Assembly: GCA_049975265.1 (NCBI GenBank)
Contig: JBNGDF010000003.1
Coordinates: forward strand, 32,001 to 96,000
DNA length: 64,000 nt
Source of the DNA: Fidelibacterota bacterium
GTDB taxonomy: Bacteria > Fidelibacterota > UBA2242
Direction of reading: 5' to 3'
Shown: positions 20,073-29,258 of the stretch, piece after piece
Layout: each line of letters opens with the position of its first letter
Position numbering within the stretch: the stretch's first letter is position 1
The notes under the pieces: model-generated
What the model was told of the DNA's origin: nothing
Databases searched by the model: none
Seen by the model: the letters and a program-made list of their open reading frames with translations, nothing else
Translations under genes and position numbers: made by a program

Positions 20073-20582
20073 ATGAAAGAACTGATTAAAACGATTGTTT
20101 TGGTTCTGCTTGTGGTCGTTGCCGTCTATTTCACCTTTGTTGTCAACAAAGTAAATGACCGAATGGACCAGCTGAATGTCGCCGATTCATTGCATGTAAT
20201 GGAAATCGAGCGCTTCGATCACACCGTCCATGATCTGGAATTACGCTTTCAGGGACGGGGCAAACACATTCAGCAGTTTCAGGCGCGGCAGGATGAGTTT
20301 GAGGAGAAATTGGACGAGACCGTTCGCAGGTTTGATGTCAAAGTCGATTCTCTGGGATTATTGATTCAGGAATTGCGGATGAATACCGAGAGCGAACTGG
20401 CGAATCTTCGTCGGAGTCATGAAGAGCTGGGTGACAGGCTCAGCCAGTTTCAACGCCAGACCAGCCGGACTCTTACCGATCTTCAGACCGCTGCCAGTCG
20501 TATAAACCGCGAATTGGGCGATCTCGAAAAACGGGTCAAGACTCTGGAAACTCCGCCTGAAAAAGACGATAAAAAAAGGTAA
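20073..20582 (+). CDS. Membrane-anchored coiled-coil protein
   Basis: N-terminal TM then long heptad repeats; GGGAG SD. Confidence 0.8.
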   Translation: MKELIKTIVLVLLVVVAVYFTFVVNKVNDRMDQLNVADSLHVMEIERFDHTVHDLELRFQGRGKHIQQFQARQDEFEEKLDETVRRFDVKVDSLGLLIQELRMNTESELANLRRSHEELGDRLSQFQRQTSRTLTDLQTAASRINRELGDLEKRVKTLETPPEKDDKKR

Positions 20583-20600
20583 TCATTGACATTCGAATAT

Positions 20601-20635
20601 AAAGCATCCGGCAGCGTGTCTGTGTCGGGTGCTTT
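20601..20635 (+). terminator. 13-bp hairpin (terminator, attenuator or stabiliser)
   Basis: AAAGCATCCGGCA / TGTCGGGTGCTTT with two G-U pairs, followed by CATCTTT. Confidence 0.5.
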
Positions 20636-20654
20636 CATCTTTGGAGGGTGAGGG

Positions 20655-21938
20655 ATGAAGCGCTTTACCATTTTCATAATTGCGAGTATGTACCTGCTGG
20701 GTTGCGGCGGCGGAAGAGAGGTCATTTCCGATTCTTCAGATCAGGAAGAAGCCATCGCCCGCTCCCTGATTCAGCAGGACGGTGCGCGACCGGACATTGA
20801 TCCTGAAGCGCTCAATCCCAAAGTACCGCCGCAAAAAATCATTTCTTCCTCTCAGGATGCACCCGCTGTAGCGGTGGTAAAAGAAAAAAAGGTTCAGCCA
20901 GCCGCTGCCAATCAGGATACACTGTCAGCGGCAGCGTTGCAGACCGTCAAGGAAACCGCATCGCTCGATACGATAAGCACTACTACACCGGATACGGTTC
21001 AGGTGGTCAAAGATACAGTGGCAGCACCCGTGGTGAAGGTCGTCAAAGCGTCGACGGCACCGTCTCAGGAGAAGGCATCGGCGGGCGGTATACTGCTCCC
21101 AAATCTGACATTTGACGATATCTATTTCGAAGAAAAATCCGCCATGCCCAGTTCAGCTTTTAATTCCAATTATTATGTGACCATCGGGAAAATTGTTAAA
21201 GCGCTGCGCAGCGATCCAGTGGTGAAAGTCCGGATATCCGGTCATTCTGATTACGAGGGGAATGAGCAGCTGAATTATGAATTGTCGGAAAAAAGAGCGA
21301 CAACGTTTGCCAAAATTTTGGTAGACCTCTTTCCGGTAGAGATGCAGACCGACATCGCCCGGCGCATCGAAATCAGTCCCGAATCTACCCGGGACCTTCT
21401 GGTAGAAACCGACAATAAGGCTCGACGGGCATTGAACCGGCGGGTCTCTTTCGAACTGTTTTATGGCGAGCTGCAGCACAATCCTTACGCTGTCTACATG
21501 AGACCGCCGACGAAAACGGCTGCCGCGCCGGCTCCCCGGTCCGGTAAACCTTCCAGCTCTATTCAGCAGAAATTGTATGATAAAGCCATGCTGTTGTTCA
21601 ATCAGAAACGATACAATGAAGCGATTGATATCTTTGAGGAAATTCTGGTCATCGATTCTTGCCATTCACTGGCAGACAATGCACATTTCTGGATGGGGGA
21701 GGCGCATTACTACCAGGGACGTTACCATGAAGCACTGGCTGAATATTATAAAGTGTTCGGCGCCGGCGATGGCAACAAAGAGGCAGCGGCGCAGATGCGG
21801 CTTGGCTACTGCTATTTTCGTCTGAACCAGTTGGATCGAGCTGTCACTGAATTCCGGAAAGTGATCGAAAATTACCCGGACGCCTCAGAAGAAATCCGCC
21901 GTTCAAATCTGGTGTTGTCCAAAATTAGAAATTACTAA
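20655..21938 (+). CDS. Lipoprotein with OmpA/Pal-like peptidoglycan-binding domain fused to a CpoB(YbgF)-like TPR domain
   Basis: Lipobox 'LLGC'; Ala/Pro/Thr linker; 'DIYF...ISGHSD.EG..QLNYELSEKRA...NRRVSF'; 'LADNAHFWMGEAHY...AAAQMRLGYCY...VIENYP'. Confidence 0.8.
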   Translation: MKRFTIFIIASMYLLGCGGGREVISDSSDQEEAIARSLIQQDGARPDIDPEALNPKVPPQKIISSSQDAPAVAVVKEKKVQPAAANQDTLSAAALQTVKETASLDTISTTTPDTVQVVKDTVAAPVVKVVKASTAPSQEKASAGGILLPNLTFDDIYFEEKSAMPSSAFNSNYYVTIGKIVKALRSDPVVKVRISGHSDYEGNEQLNYELSEKRATTFAKILVDLFPVEMQTDIARRIEISPESTRDLLVETDNKARRALNRRVSFELFYGELQHNPYAVYMRPPTKTAAAPAPRSGKPSSSIQQKLYDKAMLLFNQKRYNEAIDIFEEILVIDSCHSLADNAHFWMGEAHYYQGRYHEALAEYYKVFGAGDGNKEAAAQMRLGYCYFRLNQLDRAVTEFRKVIENYPDASEEIRRSNLVLSKIRNY

Positions 21939-22043
21939 TTACAGCCCATATTCCGGCAGCTTTATTTATGTTTTATGTTTTAAAATCTGCCGGTCTATTT
22001 TACATTGGTGATATGGAATTCAGAGATGTAGATAATGAATATG

Positions 22044-22128
22044 TGCCGAGGGGGGGAATCGAACCCCCATGGTTCCAAGAACCGGCGGATTTTGAGTCCG
22101 CTGCGTCTACCAGTTTCACCACCTCGGC
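22044..22128 (-). tRNA. tRNA-Leu(CAA), long variable arm, CCA not encoded
   Basis: Minus strand GCCGAGGTGGTGAAACTGGTAGACGCAGCGGACTCAAAATCCGCCGGTTCTTGGAACCATGGGGGTTCGATTCCCCCCCTCGGCA; anticodon arm GCGGA-CTCAAAA-TCCGC; T-loop GTTCGATT. Confidence 0.97.
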
Positions 22129-22193
22129 AAAAAGCAGGCTAAAATTAATGGTTATCACTTGAAAAACAAAAATAAAATGTGGGGGATAGGATA

Positions 22194-24008
22194 ATGGAAA
22201 AAAATTCGTTTGATACGATTACGGAGATGTTTATTTCGGTTACCAGTAAGTATGCGGATAAAGTCGCTTATGGGTATAAGGATGAGAATGAGTGGAAAAC
22301 CTTGACGTTCAGGGAAGTTCGTTCGCAGGTGGAGAAAATGACGGGGGGGTTGAAAGCTTTGGGTGTGAAACCCGATGACCATATCGGCATTGTTGCCCAG
22401 AACAGCCACCTGTGGGCAATGTCTGATTATGCTACGATGTGTGCCCGAACGGCACTTGTGACGATTTATCCCACTCTGACCACAAAACAGGTCAAGTGGA
22501 TAGCGCAACATGCCGAATGCCGGTTTATCTTTGCCGGAGATCAGGAGCAGACCGAAAAGGTGCTCTCGTTTCTCCATGAAGTCAAAAGAATTGAGAAAGT
22601 CATTGTGCTGGATAACAGCACCTTCGACGATGAGAATGTCATTACCCTGGAGGCGCTACTCGAGCTGGGTGAACAGTACAATGCCGGGCACCCTGCTGAA
22701 TTTGAGAAGGATGCCATGTCCATTCACAAAGAAGATATTCTGACTTTAATTTATACTTCGGGCACCACCGGAGAACCAAAGGGAGTCATGCTGACCCACG
22801 GCAATCTGGCCTCTAACATTCTCGGCAGTCTGCAGGTTCTTACCGTGGATGAGAGTGATATATTTCTGTCTTTTCTGCCCTTGAGTCACAGTTTTGAACG
22901 GATGGCGGGGCATTTTCTGGCGACATCGAAAGGTGCCGCTATTTACTACGCCGAAAGTATTAACACCGTCGCCGACAACATGCAGGAGGTGCATCCGACC
23001 CTGATGACCGCCGTTCCCCGTTTTTATGAAAAAGTATACGGAAAGGTAATTGATAGTATCTCTGCAGGTTCCGTAGTCAAGCAGAAGATATTCTGGTGGG
23101 CGATTAACAGAGGGCGCAAAGCTGTCCATAAAAGAGCCGCCGATAAGACAGTGGGACCACTATTGGAAAGTGAATTGAAACTGGCTCATAAACTGGTCTT
23201 TTATAAATTGCATGAACGCATCGGTGGACGGTTGCGCTTTTTCGTTTCTGGCGGTGCGCCTTTGTCGAAAGAGGTCGGTGAATTTTTCAGTGCCGCCGGC
23301 ATAAAAATCCTGGAGGGGTACGGATTGTCGGAAACTTCGCCGGTGATATCAGTGAATCCCCTTGAAAAACCCAAAATCGGGACGGTGGGACCGCCGATTC
23401 CCGGTGTCGAAGTCAAGATTGCCGAAGATGGCGAAATTCTGACCCGTGGTCCCCATGTCATGAAAGGATATTTTAAAAATGACGATGCCACAGCCGAAGT
23501 ACTCGATAAGGATGGCTGGTTTTATACCGGTGACATTGGTCTGTTCGACGAAGACGGCTACCTGGTGATTACTGATCGCAAGAAAAACCTGATCGTCACA
23601 TCCGGTGGTAAAAATGTAGCGCCCCAGCCGATGGAAAATGTGTTGGTGACATCAAAGTGGATAGAGCAGATATTGGCATTGGGTGATAAACAAAAATTCG
23701 TCTCGGCACTGATTGTGCCGTCTTTTCCGAATCTGGAAGCCTGGGCTAAGGAAAAGGGGCTCCGGTTTGAGAGCCGGGAAGAGCTGATCAAATTGCCAGA
23801 GGTTAAGGCTCTCTATGATCGGGTGATCGATGAGTCGATGGAAGGATTTGTGCAGTTTGAAAAAATTAAAAAATATATTCTGCTGGCGCATGAATTTACA
23901 ATTGAGAGTGGCGAACTGACACCCTCTTTGAAGATTCGCCGCAACATAGTCGTTCAACGGTACCGTGAAATAATCGAAAAATTATATTCTGAGGTTGATG
24001 AACAGTGA
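22194..24008 (+). CDS. fadD: Long-chain-fatty-acid--CoA ligase (AMP-dependent)
   Basis: 'IYTSGTTGEPKGVMLTHGN', 'LPLSHSFER', 'EGYGLSETSP', 'TGDIG', 'DRKKNLIVTSGGKNVAPQ'. Confidence 0.93.
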   Translation: MEKNSFDTITEMFISVTSKYADKVAYGYKDENEWKTLTFREVRSQVEKMTGGLKALGVKPDDHIGIVAQNSHLWAMSDYATMCARTALVTIYPTLTTKQVKWIAQHAECRFIFAGDQEQTEKVLSFLHEVKRIEKVIVLDNSTFDDENVITLEALLELGEQYNAGHPAEFEKDAMSIHKEDILTLIYTSGTTGEPKGVMLTHGNLASNILGSLQVLTVDESDIFLSFLPLSHSFERMAGHFLATSKGAAIYYAESINTVADNMQEVHPTLMTAVPRFYEKVYGKVIDSISAGSVVKQKIFWWAINRGRKAVHKRAADKTVGPLLESELKLAHKLVFYKLHERIGGRLRFFVSGGAPLSKEVGEFFSAAGIKILEGYGLSETSPVISVNPLEKPKIGTVGPPIPGVEVKIAEDGEILTRGPHVMKGYFKNDDATAEVLDKDGWFYTGDIGLFDEDGYLVITDRKKNLIVTSGGKNVAPQPMENVLVTSKWIEQILALGDKQKFVSALIVPSFPNLEAWAKEKGLRFESREELIKLPEVKALYDRVIDESMEGFVQFEKIKKYILLAHEFTIESGELTPSLKIRRNIVVQRYREIIEKLYSEVDEQ

Positions 24009-24997
24009 AAAGCAGTTACAAAGAATCGGGTGTTGATATCCAGGCTGGTCGCGACGCCGTATCGCATATCAAGGGATTGGTCAGAGAAACATATGACGAG
24101 AATGTATTAACGGATATCGGTTCTTTCGGTGGTTGTTATCAATTGCCCGTAGCGCGTTATCCTCAGCCGGTTCTGGTGTCCAGTACCGACGGTGTCGGAA
24201 CGAAGCTGATGGTTGCCAATCTGATGGAACGCTACGACTCGGTGGGTCAGTGCCTCGTAAACCACTGTGTTAACGACATTTTGACTACGGGTGCCAGACC
24301 GCTGTTTTTTCTGGACTATATCGGTCTGGCAAAGATGGAACCGCCCAAGGTCGCACAGATTGTTACCGGGCTGGCGAAAGCCTGCCGGGAAAACCGTTGC
24401 GCCCTGATTGGCGGCGAAATGGCGGAGATGCCGGGAATTTACCGGGGAAAAGATTTTGATCTGGTGGGCACGATTACCGGCATTGTGGAAAAAGAGCAGC
24501 TTCTGCCGCGCCAGATTCAAAGGGGTGATCTGTTAATCGGATTGAGATCCAGCGGTTTGCATACAAACGGCTATTCGCTGGCGCGGGCGGTCCTTTTCAA
24601 AAAGCATAAGGCAACCGATTTCGTTGCAGCCCTGGACGATGTTCTGGGCGATGTTCTGTTACGGGTGCATCGTTCTTATTTTCCAATTGTGGAAAACCTG
24701 CTGACCGACCGGAATCTGCACGGGATCAGTCATATTACCGGCGGAGGAATTGAGGGAAATACCATTCGGATTGTTCCAGAAGGTCTGCATCTTTCGATTG
24801 ACTGGGACGCCTGGGAGTGGTTGCCGGTGTTTCGGTATATTCAGCAACTGGGTGATGTCGAGACGGAGGAGATGCGCGAGGTTTTCAACCTTGGGATCGG
24901 ACTGATTTTAATTGTGGCTGCGAAGGCGCGCGAAAAATTTATCACGACACTCAGAAGAAAGGGCGAAGAACCGGTTGTCATCGGCCGGATTGATTAG
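24005..24997 (+). CDS. purM: Phosphoribosylformylglycinamidine cyclo-ligase
   Basis: 'YKESGVDI', 'STDGVGTKL', 'LIGGEMAEMPG', 'SSGLHTNGYSL', 'FNLGIG'. Confidence 0.96.
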   Translation: MKSSYKESGVDIQAGRDAVSHIKGLVRETYDENVLTDIGSFGGCYQLPVARYPQPVLVSSTDGVGTKLMVANLMERYDSVGQCLVNHCVNDILTTGARPLFFLDYIGLAKMEPPKVAQIVTGLAKACRENRCALIGGEMAEMPGIYRGKDFDLVGTITGIVEKEQLLPRQIQRGDLLIGLRSSGLHTNGYSLARAVLFKKHKATDFVAALDDVLGDVLLRVHRSYFPIVENLLTDRNLHGISHITGGGIEGNTIRIVPEGLHLSIDWDAWEWLPVFRYIQQLGDVETEEMREVFNLGIGLILIVAAKAREKFITTLRRKGEEPVVIGRID

Positions 24998-25016
24998 AGC
25001 AGAAAACCTGCCAAGG

Positions 25017-26048
25017 ATGAGTTCACATCGGAAATGGGTAAAAATTGCAGTTTTGGGTGCGGGCAGCTGGGGTACCACCGTTGCGATTCACCTGCATAAA
25101 TTGAATCACGCAGTGGCGCTGTGGGAATATTATCCTGAGAATGTTGCCTTCATGAATAAAACGCGGCGGAACCCGCTGTTGGAAGGAATTCCGATTCCCG
25201 CGGCTATTCCCATCTCCAACAATCTCCGGGATACGGTGAACCATTCAACCCACGTCGTTATTGCAGTGCCATCGCATACCATGCGCAGCCTGCTTATAAA
25301 TCTGAAAGAGCTGATTGACAAAGATACAATCGTGGTTAATCTTTCCAAGGGAATCGAACAGGATAGTCTGTTTCGGATGAGTGCGTTAATTCAGTATATT
25401 CTGAATCATCCGGTCGGTAAAATCGTGACCCTGAGCGGACCCAGCCATGCTGAAGAGGTTGCCCGCGAGATTCCCACGGCGATTGTGGCGGCAGCGGTGG
25501 ATATTGACAGCGCCCGCCGGGTTCAGAATCTTTTCAATTCCCACTATCTGCGGGTCTATACCAGTACGGATATCGTTGGCGTAGAATTGGGTGGTTCGTT
25601 GAAAAATGTCATCGCCATTGCCTCGGGAATATGCGACGGGCTGGGGCTGGGCGATAATTCCAAAGCGGCTCTGATTACCCGGGGCTTGATGGAGATCATC
25701 CGTATGGGGCTCTATCTGGGTGCTGAGGAAGCAACCTTTGCCGGTCTCAGTGGTGTAGGTGATCTGATTGTAACCTGCGGCAGCAAGCATAGTCGCAACA
25801 GATATGTGGGCGAAGAAATCGGAAAAGGCAGACAGTTGAATGATATTTTGAATGGAATGAGTATGGTGGCGGAGGGTGTCCAAACCTGCCGGACCGTGCA
25901 GCAGATGATCGCAAAATACGGTGTGTTAATGCCCATCTCGGCAGAGATATATAACATCCTGTTTAAGGATAAAGACCCGCGGCGGGCTCTCAATGATTTG
26001 ATGACCCGTGACCCGGTTGACGAGCGGCACTCCATTCCGGGGAATTAA
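25017..26048 (+). CDS. gpsA: NAD(P)H-dependent glycerol-3-phosphate dehydrogenase
   Basis: 'VLGAGSWGT', 'SKGIE', 'LSGPSHAEEV', 'GGSLKNVIAIA', 'GDLIVTC.S.HSRNR'. Confidence 0.96.
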   Translation: MSSHRKWVKIAVLGAGSWGTTVAIHLHKLNHAVALWEYYPENVAFMNKTRRNPLLEGIPIPAAIPISNNLRDTVNHSTHVVIAVPSHTMRSLLINLKELIDKDTIVVNLSKGIEQDSLFRMSALIQYILNHPVGKIVTLSGPSHAEEVAREIPTAIVAAAVDIDSARRVQNLFNSHYLRVYTSTDIVGVELGGSLKNVIAIASGICDGLGLGDNSKAALITRGLMEIIRMGLYLGAEEATFAGLSGVGDLIVTCGSKHSRNRYVGEEIGKGRQLNDILNGMSMVAEGVQTCRTVQQMIAKYGVLMPISAEIYNILFKDKDPRRALNDLMTRDPVDERHSIPGN

Positions 26049-28768
26049 TGCGCAAATTTGGGTTTCTGATTGGCGCTGTTTTCCAGCTGGTGACGATCTC
26101 TGCTACGCCGCTCTCCACTGACCATCCGACACCCATCTGCGGTTTTCCCGTTGTAAAATCAAAAACCGGCGACGTCAAGGTGACCAAACGACTGGCAAAA
26201 CCGGCAGCCGGTGACACGACATTTTTTATTTATGAAAATATATCCGACCCGTCGCCGACGCTGGTGGAGACGGCTTTCAACGAGTTAAGAGAACGAGATG
26301 ATATTATCGTATATGGTGAATTGGCAGAGATTGAGGCGAACCGGATTAATACAACTGACGCCGATCAGATAATCAATGCGCTGCTCTTTGAGACACCCGT
26401 CGGTTCCATTGATCCCGAAAAGGGAATCCTGACCAACGAGGTCGAGGTTTTCGGGCCGTTACCGGATGCCAATCATGATGGGAAATTAATCGTGCTGCTG
26501 ACCGATATTCGGGATGATTTTGACCCGACCGACAATCCGGTCTATATCGCCGGCTATTTCGATCCGTTGGATCAGATAAACTCACCGGGCAAGGGCAATT
26601 TCGGCGATATCATGTACATCGACAGTAATCCCGGCAATACCGCCGACCCCTACACGCTGGGTATCGTAGCACACGAATTACAGCATCTGATTCACTACGG
26701 TGCCGACCCGAACGAAAGCACCTGGCTGAATGAAGGCATGTCCGAATTCGCCATGTACATTCTTGGCTTTGAAGTCCGTTCCCACGGTCCTTTTCTGCGG
26801 GATTCCAACCGATCGCTGACCTCCTTTGATAACAGTATCGCCGATTATGCCAAGGTCGGATTATGGACACAGTACTGCTACCGGCAGTTTGGGCTCGATT
26901 TTATCGGGAGTGTCGTTGCGAATAGTTCCAATTCGCTGGACAGCTATGCCCAGGTTTTAACAGATTACGGATACAATTCCAATCTCAATTCCTTAATGCG
27001 GAACTGGTTTATCGCGAATCTGATCAATAATGACGAATTAAATCAGGGCGCATACGGCTATGGTGATTTGCAGATATCCGGTCTGTATTCCGACTATTTT
27101 TATGGCAGCTTTGCAGCGGATGAGGTGGTTGAATTTACTGTAAAAAATTCAGCGGCGCAGTATATTCAGTTTTTCGCCGGCAAGAACCTGTCGTTCGAAA
27201 TGAATTTTGTTGAAGATCCCAGCTTTGATCTTGCGATTGTAAAAAAGAGTCACGAAACGTCTGTGGAATTGATTGATTTAGGTAAAAGCCCCTTTCGATA
27301 TGATGCCCCTTCGTTTGGAGTAACCTATGATCAGTTGACATTTATACCTTATTGGACGCAGGTGTCCAGCCTGGAAAGGGAAAAGGAGTGTTCGTTTACC
27401 GCCCGGTTGATCGGTGGGATCGAAGCAACCGAAATTGTGTATAGTGATGATCTGACATACTATATCCGTCTCGACGGTGCGATTGCAGCGGAAAAATTTA
27501 CGGCAACCGGTAATGACGGCGCTCGGCTCGCCGGTGTCAAATTCAATGTTGGGCGCGATTTCGGTTGTGAAATCCAGATATTGAAAGCGCTTGATGAGAC
27601 GCCGGTGGCGGCGTATGATATCATCCCCAGCGCGGGTGAGTGGACGAGCTACTACCTGCCTGCTGCAGTTGATTTTTCCGATTCAAAAGAGCTTTTCATT
27701 GCTGTCACCAGCGCTGATCTGCCCCAGAGCCTTGGTTATGGTGAAACCGATGCAGGCACCGGGCGCGCCTATCTCAATACTGGTTACGGCTACCGGGAAC
27801 TCAACGATTACGAAGTCGGCGGTACGAGTCTCACCGGCGACTGGATGATTGGCGCAATTCTGCACCGGGAGATGACCGTGGAACCACGGCTGGAGGTCAT
27901 GCCGGCGTTGCTCCGTTTTTGGGCGAATGAGTATAGCCGGCAATTTGAAATTCGTAATCTCGGCAGCGGTGCCGTCGACTGGTGGATCGATTCACCTGTA
28001 CCTGCCTGGTTGAGCCTTTCAGCCACCAGCGGTACAGATTTGGAGAGTGTGCAGAAAATTACGGTCAGCATCGACCGTAATGGTCTTGAACCCGGACTGT
28101 ATAATCACCAGCTGAAGATACATTCTGCCGTAGCCGGAGCGGATTCGATCCTGATTTCGGTGATCCAGCGCAATCGCTACAGTCCTCAGACCGGTCTGTT
28201 TGTCCGCGATCGGACTTTTTCCGATTCTTTGCTGGTAAAATCGGTGAAGGTCCTAAATATCGGGACAGCCGCAGCAGAATTTGCCCTGTTTAGTGATGAT
28301 ACCGCCATCGCCTTTTATCCCTCAGCCGGTGTCATTGACATAACAGATACTTTCACGGTAAAGGTCATTATTGATTCTGAAAACATTGGATCAACCCGGA
28401 TCCCCTTTTTCTTCTATAATGGTATCGATACGCTGGAGGATTCGTTCAGTTTTTCCGGTTCTGTTCCGGTGTCGGATACTGATTTAAAGCTATTCACAGT
28501 ATTTCCCAATCCTTACATTGTTTCCGGTAACGGTTTGGCATATTTATGTTTTCGGCTGGTAGATGATTCGCGTGCGTCCCTGCGGATTTTTAACCTGCGC
28601 GGCGAACAGGTTCAGTCGCTGACCATCGCTCAGCCGGAAACCGGTCTGCATATTTATGCCTGGGACGGTCGCAATTACCGGGGACATAAGGTCGGCAGCG
28701 GCGTCTATTTCGTCACCTTGGAACAGCGGAACCGGGTTGCGCGTCAGAAAATGATGTTATTGAAATAA
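26048..28768 (+). CDS. Secreted zinc metalloprotease (M30/M6-like HExxH) with Ig-like domains and a C-terminal FlgD/T9SS-type domain
   Basis: Signal peptide; 'IAGYF'; 'AHELQHLIH...WLNEGMSE'; BACON-like 'W...PAWLSLSATSG'; C-terminal 'FPNP...IFNLRGEQV...WDGRN..G..VGSGVYF...KMMLLK'. Confidence 0.8.
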   Translation: MRKFGFLIGAVFQLVTISATPLSTDHPTPICGFPVVKSKTGDVKVTKRLAKPAAGDTTFFIYENISDPSPTLVETAFNELRERDDIIVYGELAEIEANRINTTDADQIINALLFETPVGSIDPEKGILTNEVEVFGPLPDANHDGKLIVLLTDIRDDFDPTDNPVYIAGYFDPLDQINSPGKGNFGDIMYIDSNPGNTADPYTLGIVAHELQHLIHYGADPNESTWLNEGMSEFAMYILGFEVRSHGPFLRDSNRSLTSFDNSIADYAKVGLWTQYCYRQFGLDFIGSVVANSSNSLDSYAQVLTDYGYNSNLNSLMRNWFIANLINNDELNQGAYGYGDLQISGLYSDYFYGSFAADEVVEFTVKNSAAQYIQFFAGKNLSFEMNFVEDPSFDLAIVKKSHETSVELIDLGKSPFRYDAPSFGVTYDQLTFIPYWTQVSSLEREKECSFTARLIGGIEATEIVYSDDLTYYIRLDGAIAAEKFTATGNDGARLAGVKFNVGRDFGCEIQILKALDETPVAAYDIIPSAGEWTSYYLPAAVDFSDSKELFIAVTSADLPQSLGYGETDAGTGRAYLNTGYGYRELNDYEVGGTSLTGDWMIGAILHREMTVEPRLEVMPALLRFWANEYSRQFEIRNLGSGAVDWWIDSPVPAWLSLSATSGTDLESVQKITVSIDRNGLEPGLYNHQLKIHSAVAGADSILISVIQRNRYSPQTGLFVRDRTFSDSLLVKSVKVLNIGTAAAEFALFSDDTAIAFYPSAGVIDITDTFTVKVIIDSENIGSTRIPFFFYNGIDTLEDSFSFSGSVPVSDTDLKLFTVFPNPYIVSGNGLAYLCFRLVDDSRASLRIFNLRGEQVQSLTIAQPETGLHIYAWDGRNYRGHKVGSGVYFVTLEQRNRVARQKMMLLK

Positions 28769-28823
28769 GAGTTCCGATATTGGCAGTCGCAATCGCCGGA
28801 TTCCTTTGACCGAAATCGCCTGG

Positions 28824-29198
28824 CTACGCAAAAAAACCGAAATACCCCATAAGCAGACCGAATAGGATCATAAAAACGCCCCAGGGTTTGCTGTAACTGA
28901 TAAATCCCTTCATCCGAAACAGAAAATCAGGAATGATGACGGTGACCAGTCCGCCGATCAGCATAATCCAGCCGATGACGGTTATGATGACCCACCAGTG
29001 ACTGACCCACAGGTTATGGTATTGAACCAGCGCAGTTCCGGCAATAATCCCAACGCAACCGGCTAAGAAAGTCAGCGCCGTTGATTCTTTAAGATTGCTG
29101 ACAATTTTGTTTAAATCGAGATTACTGATCAATACGGCGATCCCCGCCGCGATGTAAATCAGTGCAAAGATTTTTGCGATGAAAGCCGATAATCCCAT
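28824..29198 (-). CDS. Small multi-TM hypothetical protein
   Basis: 124 aa, about 4 TM, 'HNLW' loop; GGAGG SD. Confidence 0.8.
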   Translation of the reverse strand: MGLSAFIAKIFALIYIAAGIAVLISNLDLNKIVSNLKESTALTFLAGCVGIIAGTALVQYHNLWVSHWWVIITVIGWIMLIGGLVTVIIPDFLFRMKGFISYSKPWGVFMILFGLLMGYFGFFA

Positions 29199-29258
29199 GG
29201 TGATTTTCCCTCCTGTTTACAAGAGAGAATAAATCAAAATTTTCAATTGTGCAAGGCT

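Noticed and set aside
21953..21993. CCGGCAG...CTGCCGG inverted repeat after the OmpA-TPR gene
   Set aside because: Only 7 bp with a 27-nt AT loop; at most a weak terminator between convergent units.
19466..22128. Genomic island integrated at tRNA-Leu
   Set aside because: No integrase, no duplicated tRNA 3' end found by eye, and no evident compositional shift.
21968..22162. 64-aa ORF on the plus strand
   Set aside because: It is the antisense shadow of tRNA-Leu.
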